From NCBI GenBank assembly GCA_016748015.1, contig JAAOMT010000762.1:186001-250000 (forward strand): a stretch of DNA of 64,000 nucleotides. Direction: 5' to 3'. The notes beneath the pieces were generated by a model. The model was not told the DNA's origin and did no database searches. It worked only from the letters and a program-made list of their open reading frames with translations. This DNA is from Geosiphon pyriformis uo1. Its lineage: Eukaryota > Fungi > Glomeromycota. Positions 38,894 to 51,138 of the stretch are shown one piece after another (the first letter of the stretch is position 1; each line of letters begins with the position of its first letter). The position numbers were made by a program, and so were the translations under genes.

Positions 38894-41441
38894 ATTTTTA
38901 ATAGCTATATAAGTGATGAATCTCTTAGCTGTAAAAAAATATGATCAAAATAATAAAATAAAATTCACTATTAATTACTTACTTTTATATTGCTTATTCT
39001 TTTTTCTCTATTTTCAAGTATCTGAACATCTTGGAATAAAAGATTACTTGTTGGCATTCACATATCTTATCTTTTTTCTTTTTTAATTTGTATTGTTAGA
39101 ATTAGTCTGAGAAGTGCTTGCTTGTTCTTGTAATTTATTGAATAAAAAAATGATTAAAAAGCACAATAATATCTATTATTGATTCTAAGAATCACTAAGC
39201 TAAAACATAAAATAATAATAACAGTGTTATTTTATTGACAATTATAGACTATTTCTCTACCTTCAGATTTCCAGAAAAGATTTGCAACTGTGATTTTTAT
39301 AAGACTAATTACATATATTGAATTCTTACTTATTCAATTCACTCTCTTATTGCAATTCTCTTTTTAATTATTTCCATTACTCTACAATCCTGTTTTTTCT
39401 TGCTATCTATTAGCTTGTTACTTCAATCTGTAACATAAAAGTAGTATTTTCTGTGAGATTGTCAAAATCCACTTTGTTTTTTATTGTATAAGTAATTATT
39501 TATATCTGCTACAACAATCAAAAGAACACTTTAAAGCACACAACAAAAATGACTTAGACTTTATTAAACTTAATCTTTTGCTCTCTTGCTTGATTTGCTT
39601 CTCCATTGAAAAACAATCCAATAAACAATTTCAAGACTTTTGGAACTGGTTTTTGAACAAGCATTTAGCTAAAACCTATACAGTTTATACAACTTATTAC
39701 TTTGACCAAGCTTATTTTAAAGACAACTTTGAAAAAAAATAACAGCATCAATTAGCTTTTATATTTTACAATCTTTAAACAACAGCCTCCTGATTTCGAA
39801 TATCTGAATCACCAAATTCACATCTGAATTGCTGTCCACTAGTTAGCTAAAACTCCCTTTAAAACAGAAGAAAAAAGTTATCAAACTGCTCTTGTTTTTG
39901 ATCTCTTTTCAAGCAAATCAGAATATTTCACACAAACAGTTACTTCTGAACCAATGGCTAATAACTCTATGCAAACAAAAATTTTGGCTGCTCTTTAGGG
40001 TATACAAACTGCTTTAGAGTAAAGAAACAACATCCTATTATCATTATTCAAAAGTAATGTACAAGATCCAATTAAATAGTTAAATAATTTTGAAAGAGCT
40101 ACCACAACCAACCAATATGATAATAAATACAAGTTCCAAATTGTTGGTGGCTACCTTCAAAACTCTTCTGTTATTTAATTTTTACAAGAAACCAATACCA
40201 ATGCTCAGCAAAAAATCATTAGATAGACACCAGCAAATGCTGAAAAAAACAACATCTCTTTTACTACCCAGTTTGAAACAAAATTTAGAACTTCTATCCT
40301 AATATCTAAATGGTGCATGGAATTAGAAAAAAAAACCAAAATCCTAGTAAAGTTGTAACTGAGTATGCTAAAGCAATCAAAAAGTTAATCAAGTAAGTAA
40401 ACTTTAAAAAAAACTAAACAGAAGAGCAAAAAATTTACTTCTTTACAAAAAAATTGCAAACTGATTTCTTATATGCTCTTTGGCCTCTCCTGGCCCTAAA
40501 AAACAATTTCACAATAAATATAACCATTGAACTAACCCAATGAATTTAAAACAATCAAAAGATGCACTTGGGATTCATACTTTCAGTTTTTGCTTCTGCT
40601 TCTGTTATGGCTCCTGTTCCTCAAATGGCTGCCATTTCTTTCACTGTTCAGACTCCAGATCTCAATGAACAATTAATAGATAAACTCACAGCCAATCTTG
40701 TCCAGCTATTAAAGCTTTTAGTCTAAGCAGTCAAAAAAAATTAACAATCCCAAAAATCCAGATTTGAATTCCGTTTTAATCAGCTCCAGCAACCCCCTTA
40801 TTAAAGACAACAAAATTGTGACCCACTTGTGTGTTATTACTGTAAATTAACTGGATATTTTTTCAAAGATTACAACAATCTTCTTTTGTTTTCTCCAGCT
40901 CCTAGAAATAATGATAACTAAAACAATAGAATCAATAACAACAATGTTTCTAATCAAAAACCCAATCATGTCAACATCAATTTTTTTGGAAAGAATTTTC
41001 TAGTTGAAGCTACTGTTTATCAGTCTTTAAACTAGTAGACACACTTCCAAAGAGTAAGAGTGCAAGCCAATCAGAAGAAAACCTTTTTTATGCTTTTAAC
41101 TTAACTAATAATAATTATAACATAGATAACCTAGCAATTAACACTTCTGAATCAACAAAAAAAAAGAAAAAAGCCAAGGTTGATTTTGTTCTAAACCCAA
41201 ACAAAGCATCCACATCAACTGCTAATAACAATAAGCCACCAAAGGCTAAAATTTTTAAAAATCTTCCAAAGCTAAATTTCCAAAAATTGTACAAAAATCA
41301 GGCTCTTATTCCATTATTAAAGATCTTATGAAAATCCCAGCTTACATTACCTTTGGCCAGTTAATAATCCATTTACAATTCAGAAAAAACCTTCACAAAT
41401 TCTTGATCTCAAAAAAAAAGACACCAAAAACCAACAAATAC

Positions 41442-42441
41442 TATTATCCGAGTAGAAAAACCAATCCAAAGTTATGAAGAAAACATAACCAAAAATGTGA
41501 TAACATAAAATAACACAGAATAACACGAAAAAACACAAAATAACACATAATAATTCAGAATAACATAATACAAAACTTAATAACATATTATAGCACAAAA
41601 TAACTAGTTAAAATATAAAATAATTAATAATAACATAAAAGAATAAAACAATAACAAAAATAGCAAAGCAATAGCTAGCAAAAACAAAACAATTAAAAAG
41701 CAATCTTGTAAAACCAAAAAAAATGTATAAAAATGAGTAGTTGTAGAAGTTAAAAAAAACAGCCAGACAAGAATCAATTTTTTTTATAATTATTACATCT
41801 TACAAAAAATAAAGAATTTATTTAAAACCTGAAATCATTGATATATGGTTATTAATTATTCTGTGTTCCCCTTAAACTAATTACTGTTTTATATTTTTAT
41901 TCTGGAATAAATGCTCTTAGCATAAATGTCTTAAATTATTAATGACTTGGACTAATTGCTCTTAATCATAATAATTGACAATACTAATTTTCTTTAAATT
42001 TTATCTTTTTTTTTATTTTTATTTTTATTTTTTTTATTTTTTTTATTTTTTTGTAGAGTGGTAACATAGAAAAATTAACTGTTTAGGAATAGACTTTGTA
42101 ATAGCCTAATAAAAAAGAAAAGCTTCTCCTAGGTTTGAATATTCATATTATCTTATTAGCTTATTAAAAAGATAAAAAGACATCACCAGATTCTAGTAAC
42201 TGTGCTCGACTAACTTAGAAAAAAAAGCTCACATTAACAAGTTGTTATATCATAAAAACTATAACTTTGTGCCTTATAACCAAAAAATCCTATAGATAAA
42301 TTTACTTTCAGAAAAAATCTTTAAAGACTAATAAACCAGACACAACAAACAAATCTATAAAAAAATTTTCAAAGCTCTTTTTAACCCAAAAGTTAGAGCA
42401 CCAAATATTACCACCATACTCTGCCAAATTTACCTATAACA
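41442..42441 (+). mobile_element. Solo LTR, type D (1000 bp)
   Basis: Flanked by a 4-bp TSD ATAC/ATGC; removing it restores the host frame KTPKTNK-CLYQAEFANNSNVT; 10-bp TAACACAGAA-like tandem at 41501-41590. Confidence 0.92.
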
Positions 42442-45329
42442 ATGCCTTTACCAAGCTGAATTTGCTAACAATAGTAATGTTACTCTTCTAATTTGCAAAG
42501 TCTAAGTGGCTGGTTATTTTATTAATCTGATCTTAGACAGTAGATCTTCTGTAAACATTATTACCAAACATTTTCTGAAAGCCATTAGTAGAAAAATTGA
42601 TGAATTCTCAATCAGACCTATGACCAATGTATATGGTAATAAAAAAAAAAACTTGGTATTGCCAAAGCTGTTTCTGTTTGCATTAATAGCATTAGCATTG
42701 AAACTAACATAGAAATATCTAAAGCAAAAAAGTACATCATTATTGTTAATAATAAGTGGCTCAAGAAAGCCAAAGCACTACTTGACTATGAACTTTGTGA
42801 GTTAATTATCAAATTTGGTGAAAAGCCTATTGTGGTTAAGTATTATTATTAGACAACTTTTTCAATACCCAAGTAGAATTAAGAAAATAAGCAATTAAAT
42901 AAATCAGATAATGAAAAAAGTAATAAAAAAAATCAAAAAAAAACAAAAAAAAACTGCTAAACTCATTTATACTATCTTTATTAGCAATGGCAAACCATTA
43001 GACAATATTAAAGTTGACAAAAAAAAATTATTATAAATAACAAGCTAATTTGTTGGCCTTACTATAATATTTTCAGAAAAACCTTCAATAGAAAACCTAG
43101 CAAGAAAGCAAAATACAGTTACTAATAGCATGGTCTTTGTGCTTTGTACTGGTGTAATAAACTCTTGTATTTTCTTAATAATAAATACAAATTCTGTTTA
43201 ATTTACTACAAAGATTGGAAACTCATTAGTCTAATACCAAGAAAAAAATTAAGAAAAGTATAAAAGTTCTTTAAAAATGAACTATCTGAGATTTAATTAC
43301 TTGTAATAGAACAAAGAAAACTCTCTTTTAAAGAAAGAAAAATAGATATTGAAAATCTGTTGACTAAAAATAACCCAGTTATTTCAAAAAAAGATAATAA
43401 TTTTAAACAAACCCATATAATACAATACACTATTACCACCAGAGAAACTCATTTTATTTATTTGAAATCTTATCAATCCAATCAACACAATGATAAGTTC
43501 ATTAAGAAAAAGATGACCCAAATGAAAAATTTTGGATTTATACAAAAAACCAAGAGTGAATGGGCTTTTCCAGTTGTAGTGATATTCAAAAAAAGTGAAA
43601 TCCTATGCTTTTGTATTAACTATTACCAATTAAATACTATTACTATAAGAGACATATACTTATTTTTCAAGATTGATACAATGCTAAACAAATTCAATAG
43701 TACTGCTTTTTTCTTAATCATTGACTTAACTGCTGAATCTTGGCAAGTAAAAATGAATTCAAAAAGCAAAAAAAAAACTGTTTTTATTACCAAATATGAC
43801 ATCTATAAATTCACAGTCATGCCTTTTGGTCTTACTAATGTCCCTCCTATCTTTCAATGTTTAATGAACAAAGTGTTTGAATCAATAAAAGAAAACTTTG
43901 TTTTAGTCTATTTGGATAACATAATAGTATACTCAAAAACTTAAAATAAATATCTAGAACGTTTATAAAAGATTTTTGATCTTCTTAAAATTGCTGGCCT
44001 TAAGATCAACCCAATCAAATCTTTTTTTGGACATCAATTTACCCAGTTCCTTGGTTATTTTATTACAAAAGATGGAATTTTCTCTAATCCAACTAAAATT
44101 GAAAAAGTCTAGAACATTAGACAACCAATAAATATTACTGAACTATGCTTTTTTCTTGGTTTGGCTTCTTATTATAGCAAATTTATCAAGGATTTCTTCA
44201 AAATTGCTTTTCTTTTTAATCAACTACTTAGAAAAAATGTTAATTATTATTGGGATACTCATTAACAAAAAACTTTTGAAACTCTGAAGAAAAAACTTGT
44301 TACTAAACCAATTTTTAAACAACCTAACCTAAACCAATCTTTTATTTTGCACACTGTTACCAGTAGAATTTTAGCTATTAATTAGCATGAAATTACCTTT
44401 ATAATTCCTATTATTAATTAGCATATATCATTATTATTTCGATTATCACTTATTATTTAATCAAATTATCAAATATCATTACTCAATCAATAATTCGATT
44501 TGTACTCTAGAAATTAAGATGATCAAATTACACAATACCCTGAACCATTTAACATAGTCAAAATTCGCCAAAATTAATGAAAATTTGCCGAAATAATCAA
44601 TAGTTTAGTGAAATAACTTGTAAATTCACTAAAATATATCTTTAGTTCAACCAAATTGTAGCAAAGAGAAAAGTGCAAGTTCAAAAACTAGTACTACAAC
44701 AAGTTGTATAAAAGAAGAGCTTTTTTCTTCAAAAAAATGTATTTTTTCATAGTATTTTATCATAGTAACTTACTTCAAATATCTTAATTGGAACAAATTA
44801 CCTTTTACAAAATCAAATAAAAATTAAAATATTTGAAACCCAAATTCTTAAAATTATTACACTTGAAATTCTCTCAACACAACTAACATTTTGAAATTGA
44901 TTAGCTACCAATTTCAGTAATCTGTTAGTAACTCCAGGTCTGGATAGAAAACGTTTCCTTTGACAGAATTCTATTTCTTTTACATTTCTTTTATTTTTTT
45001 TTTATTTTCTTATTACAATCATTAGGGTAGCCTACAAACAAAATTTCTGTAGAAGAGTTGACTTTCACAGCAAAGTAACTACACATTTTAGTGAGTTTTC
45101 AGATGAGCAATTCCTGAGAAAGAGTTGACATTTACTACAACGTAACTACACAAAGTAACTGGCATGGAATTGGCCATTCCACTTATAAGCCCAGCAGTTT
45201 AAATTATAGAAGATAATTTGAAGATAAATTCAGTTATTGGAGGTCCAACTACTTCCTGGAAACGTAAATTCACAGCAAATCAACATTAACAACATTCAAG
45301 AAAAGAGACCAAAAACCTCTGGTAACATT

Positions 45330-45346
45330 TGGTGCTCTCCCACAGA
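45330..45346 (+). promoter_or_regulatory. Primer-binding site TGGTGCTCTCCCACAG
   Basis: Begins with TGG 2 nt after the LTR end; same in copy 1. Not the initiator-Met type; cognate tRNA not assigned. Confidence 0.85.
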
Positions 45347-48300
45347 AATAACACAGCAATAACAACTTCAAAGTGGTGACCACACCAAACACAGCAACTC
45401 TAGAATATTATCAGTCAATTTACACCTACTGCAAGCAAAGATTCAACATTCCAGACGGAATTGAAGTTGTCAAGAAATCAGTATACCAATATATTGAAAA
45501 CCATATCAACAATTATCTTTTTGGAAACTACAATATTTTAGAAGTTAGAAACAACCTCTACAATAATTTAATGCATTATTCATAATTGGGAACAGAAGAC
45601 CTGAACAGTGAAACACTTGCTACCTACTTCCAAGAACTTAATTTTAACATTATTGAGTACTGTAAAGAAAAATATCCAGTACAGTCTCAATACTCTATTG
45701 ACTTTGAATCAGAGACAAAAACAAGCAACAAAGGCAAACAAAAATTGAAGCAATACTCAAGAACCACTCCAAACATTCCAATACTACAAAAGACAACTGC
45801 CCAACACTTGTAAACACCTGAACAAGGAACCAGTGTCAAATTACCACTTTCTATTACACCATTTCCAATTTCACTTGCTCAACCACAAATACCAAGTTTA
45901 CTACTTAACCATTTCTCCAGACCAGAAGATTTTTAGTCACTTAAGAATCCTATTCAACAGCAGGAACCAATATCAACAAGTGCCAATATCATTGATTACT
46001 TACAAGAAAACGAAAGTAATCATTCAGAGAGTCTGGAAAGTGAAGAAACTGAATCAGAACAAGAAGAAACTACAGAAAATAAAGAAGAAATAACAACTGC
46101 TTATATTGCAAAGATTCCAGAATTTACTAGTGAAAATAATGATACCAGTCCTCAAGAATGGCTTGACAAAGTTCAAAAAGCAGGAAATGCAAATGATTGG
46201 ATTGCAACAAAAATGCTCAAAGCAATTCCATACTTCCTCCAAGGAACTGCAGGAGAATAGTTTGAAAATTTAGGAGAACTATTTGAAAACTGGCAAGCAT
46301 TCAAAGATGCTTTCTTACAACAATTCACTAACAACAACACTTCTATCACTCTCCACAATCACTTTCACAATATCAAACAAGAAACATCTGAAACTGTCAT
46401 GACCTATCTTGGAAGATTTAACAAACTTTTTCGACAGATTTGACAATTGGAAACCAATGATTACTATTCTGATGCCCAAATTTTGGATCAGTTCATAGCA
46501 GGACTAAAAGACAAATTGATTAAGAAAGTCCGTCCACATGCCCCAGAAAACTTAGCAACAGCTATTAAATATATAAAGAACTATAAAATGGCTATGGAAG
46601 AAGCAAACCACACCAAACTTGTTAACCTAGCTATTGAAGAAACCAGTTCAGCAGCTGAAGAGAAGATAGACCAACTTACAAAGAAAGTTGAAAGCTACTT
46701 CACAAACTAACAACAACAGCAACAACAACCACAAAAATATCAATCTCTACAACAATGCCACCAAAACAATTTTGGATCACCATCCAACAACCAATCTCAA
46801 AATTGTTATTATTGTGGAATTCCAGGACACTGGAAACGAGATTGCAGGAAACTACAAAGAGACCAACAAAACAGGAGTAATCAATGTTACTCTTTACCAC
46901 AACAATTTTATTACCAACCCCCACCACCAACTTATCACTCATCAAGACCACAAAATTAAAACAATTACTATTAACCAGCTCCACAACCAATGCAACAACA
47001 ATATCAGCAGCCTTTACCAAATTAGCAATATCAAACATCATCCACTCAATAATATCAAGTACCAACCAGAAGATTGGTCCAACAAAACCAATTCACACCA
47101 CAAAACCGTTTCTTAACAAACCACAACAGATTTAACCCCAATAATTAACTAGTTCTCCGAAATTCTGGTCAACAAAGGCTCACTCAGTTTCACATTCAAC
47201 CCAGTTATCTAACAATGCAAGAAGAATTGAATTTTCAACAAACTGCACTTTCTGAAAGTGAAGTTGCAACACCCAAACTCTTTCAATAACACTATTCCAC
47301 CAGCCTAAATTGCCCAAAATACCAACCTTTCAGATATATTCCCATTCGAATTTAAAGCAAATAAATCATCATTCTTGCTTAGTAATGCAGCAGCTAATAA
47401 ACAAAAAGCTATCACTGCCATGTACACTGAAGCTACAGTAGAAGGAAAACTCATTTGATTAATTCTAGACAGTGGATCAGCTAAAAGTATTATCACCTAC
47501 CAGTTAATGCAACAGCTTCAAAGAACTGTTGACAGACCAGCCCAAACTATAATTGTGACAGCAGATGGTATGAAAAAGATACCAGTAGGAGAAATTGACA
47601 ATTTCTCATTCACCATTGATGGAATTACCATTTCAGTCAAAGTCCTAGTCATGGATGCACCCCAATACCAAGCTCTGGTCGGAAATGATTGGCTTCTTAA
47701 GACCAATGCAAACTTGGACTGGGAAACTCAGGAATTAAAAATTTCATACCAAGGACAATACATCATAGTATTTGCTACTTGTAGAACTTTCAACAAATAA
47801 TCAGAAAAAGCCCCAGTATTTGAATTTGAAAAGGAAAAAGAAATGCCACTCACTGAAACCTACATGGCTCTTGGATCAACATTCAATTGGGCTGAGAAAA
47901 TAGAACAAAAGATTTTTGAAGAATCAAGAGAATGAAAGAAAGTTAAATATTCCACACCAAAACCATGAAAAGAACCACTATACATTTTACTAAAATGCAA
48001 AGATTACAAAAAGAAGCTTTCATTTATGGAAGTCTGTATTTCTCCAGAAGAGAAATATGAAAGTCATATCTGCTACTTCTGCAAAGCATGCCATAGAGAA
48101 CTATTTGGATCTCCAAAAAAAAGTGGAAAATGGGACAACACATCTTGCCTTATATGTGGAGATATGCTACCAGAAGAATGCAACTGAATTGATGTTACAA
48201 TGAGAGGAGGAGTATGTGATCAAACCTGTCAATATGCCCTGTTAATTTTGGAAAAAGTCAGAAGAAAAACACCCTTTGATGCAGCATACAACAGTGCTCT

Positions 48301-48714
48301 CAACAAACTCTACTACTATCCTCATGATGCTGAAATGATCTTTAATTTAGCAATGGCTTTAATTAATAGAGCCACACAGAAAGATGTCCACCAAATGAAA
48401 GAAGCTAAGTACATTGAATATACAATAAAATTAGCTGGATTTAATTATGAAGATGAAGTAGAAACATATCACCAAATTGCAAGCCACACATATCCAACCC
48501 AAAAAGCTCAAATTCAACAATTAGAGCAAATAAACATTCAATTGTGTGAAGAATGCATCATGCCTTGTGATGACAAATAGTGTCCAGAATGCTATGCTCT
48601 TAGCATTTTTTTGTCCAGCAAAAATGACCAGAAAGAAATTAAATTTGGAAAACCAGAAACAAAAGAAGAAACTGCAACCACACCAATCTATCTTACTGAA
48701 AACCAGTCTGCTAT

Positions 48715-49146
48715 ACAACTTAAATACTTTGACAACAATGAGCAAAGAATAAAACCAGAAAAAGCCCACGAAATTGATGCAGGATATAACCTCAAATATT
48801 CTGGCAAAGACACTTTGGTTCTTCAGCCAAAATCCTTAACCAAAATCAACCTCAAAATTGCTCTTGAAATATTACCAGAAGCAATGATACAAATTGCTTT
48901 TTGATCATCATTGGCAAGCAAAAAAATCAATGTTAGAGGAGGAGTTATAGATACAAGATATACTAAAAACATTACCATCATGTTACAAAATGAGACAGAC
49001 AAACCATTCAGGATTGAACATGCTGAAAAAATTGCCCAAGCAACTTACTTATTCTTAATCAACATTTCGGGTTTACAATCAGTAAAGAACAGAGAACAAT
49101 TGGGAAAAAGTGAAAGAGGAACTCAAGGTTTTGGTTCAACTGGACG
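48715..49146 (+). pseudogene. Retrotransposon-encoded dUTPase (type A)
   Basis: All five motifs: DAGYNL, *SSLA (R>stop), GGVIDTRY, KIAQ, RGTQGFGSTG. Confidence 0.93.
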
Positions 49147-50289
49147 ATTTACAGTACCAGTAAACATAGCTCTCAATACACAGAATAAATCTCACCAGAT
49201 TCTTTAACTTCCCCAACTAATTACCATTTCATCTTTTGGTGAACATCATGAAATTTACACTTGTTCAAAACCCACCACTACTCAACAAATCTTTGAGTCC
49301 AATAAACAAATCTGTTTAAAGCATGAAATCTCAATCCCAAATGTTTATATTTCCAAAGGAATGAAAAAATTTTGAGTTATATTCTACAATCCCAACAATT
49401 ACCCTATTGTTTTATTAAATAAATTAGAGATTAAAATTATACATAGTAACATTTTTCAAGATGAAAACCCTTAAATTTTTTCTAATTTCATCGAAATTAT
49501 AAGACATATCCTACTTCCAAATCCAAATATCATTCCTACTACTGAAAACTACTACCTTTTGGAAGAAAAACTCTCTCAAATTAACATGAATCCCTTAGAA
49601 TCTCAACAACAAAGACAATTGAAACAACTGATAACTGAATTTGCAGATATATTTGCAAAAAACAACAATGATTTTGGAAAAACTGATATTGTTCAACACC
49701 AGATTCACACAGAAAATGCTTTACCAAAATAACAAGAAGCTTATTAAGTACCACCTGCCAGCCAGGCAGAGGAGGAATGTGTGATGCAACTTGCCAATAC
49801 ATGATCCTCATCTGTGACTGGGTAAGAGGAGGAATGCCATTTGAAGCAGCGTTCAACAGAGCGTTAAAAAGACTACAGCACTACTCACACGATGAGGACA
49901 AGTTGTACAACACCACACAAGCCAAAGTAAAAGAAGGAACCACCGAAGAAATACGACGTTGGAAAAAGTCAGCCGAAGTAGCCAACGAAGTTGCCAGCTA
50001 CAACATGTTCGACCCAGTGGATGAATTCCAGGACTACTACCAACAACTATGCCCCACTCAACAAGAGCAAGAACAATACCTTACCCAAATCAACACTTAC
50101 CTCTGCGAAAACTGTCTCATCCCATGCCAAAATCAGTGCTGTGAAGAGTATCAAAATGAAAGGGACTTAGAAAAAAAAATGGAAATTGAGAATCAGCAGT
50201 CTCAAAATCAATCAATAAATCAACAAGACTCACCTGACAGTCCTGAGTCAGAAAAATTTGTAGCCTATACCGACCTAGAACAGGTGACT

Positions 50290-50718
50290 GACATTCAATA
50301 TTTTGACAACAGGCACTTAGGAATAATACCCAAAAGAGTTCATCCAACTGATGCCGGATTCAATTTATGTTATCTGGAAGACCAATCCACAATGTTACCA
50401 CCCAGGAGCATCACCAAAATTGACCTAAAAATAGTGGTTGAAATTCCGCCAGGAATAATGGTTCAAATAGCGTCATGATCAAGCCTCGCAAAAAAAAGAA
50501 TAAGTGTTCAAGAAGGAGTAATTGACTCCAGATATACTGGAAATTTGATGGTTTTGCTACAGAACAATTCAGAAAAGCCTTATACCATTGAATTTAAGGA
50601 AAAGATTGCACAAGCAATTTTCCTACCATTGGTAAAAATTGGGAAATTCATGTCAGTGAAAAATTATAAGGAATTGTCACAAACAACGAAAGGAACTTTT
50701 GGTTTTGGATTGACAAGA
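50290..50718 (+). pseudogene. Retrotransposon-encoded dUTPase (type E)
   Basis: DAGFNL, QIAS*SSLAKK, GVIDSRYTG, KIAQAIF, KGTFGFGLT. Confidence 0.92.
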
Positions 50719-51138
50719 AAAAAAATTGAAGCAAATTTTGCTGAAACAATAGAGGAAAAAGACAAAGTAATTAAAAATGAGCAGTCCATCACACTCCTAT
50801 CATATGAAAAATCAGAAATAAGAATAAAAAAGACAATTAAAGAAAAAGACCTAATATTTGAGCCCTACCCAGAAACTTGCCAACAGTTTCTCATAGGACT
50901 TACTAACCTTTTTATTCCAGCTGATAAAGCTTAATGGATAAAAATTCCTATCGCAAACACCACAGAAGAACCCATCTACATTCTGAAAGATACCATCATT
51001 GGATACCTTGGAACGGAGCTAGAAAACACATTAACACCACAAGAAATTCTAAATTTCCCAGAAATCACCCTCTACTGTGAACTTACTTCAATAAATTGGC
51101 AACAACCATTAGAATGCTATCAATTTACATCAGAAGAA

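Larger units (their letters stand above)
38675..44354 (+). mobile_element. Ty3/gypsy element, LTR type B (5' LTR 38675-39435, gag, protease, RT), interrupted at the start of RNase H; no dUTPase
   Basis: TGTTATGATT...TGTAACA LTR, decayed PBS ~39442-39459, gag with CYYCKLTG knuckle (~40832), LILDSRSS protease (42506-), RT WAFPVVV/VMPFGLTN/VYLDNII (43360-43944), ends at FILHT. Confidence 0.92.
44355..49764 (+). mobile_element. Ty3/gypsy element, LTR type A copy 2 (5' LTR 44355-45327, PBS, gag, protease, Cys module, dUTPase, start of RT)
   Basis: 9-bp terminal inverted repeat TGTTACCAG/CTGGTAACA; CYYCGIPGHWKRDC (~46804); LILDSGSA (~47460); ends at VPPAS in the RT N-terminus. Confidence 0.93.

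Noticed and set aside
41380-41598. Cys/Leu-rich small ORFs (also 62611-62838)
   Set aside because: Translations of the 10-bp tandem repeat in LTR D.
47270-47300. Programmed gag-pol frameshift
   Set aside because: No clear slippery heptamer and only one A copy covers it; a decay indel is equally likely.
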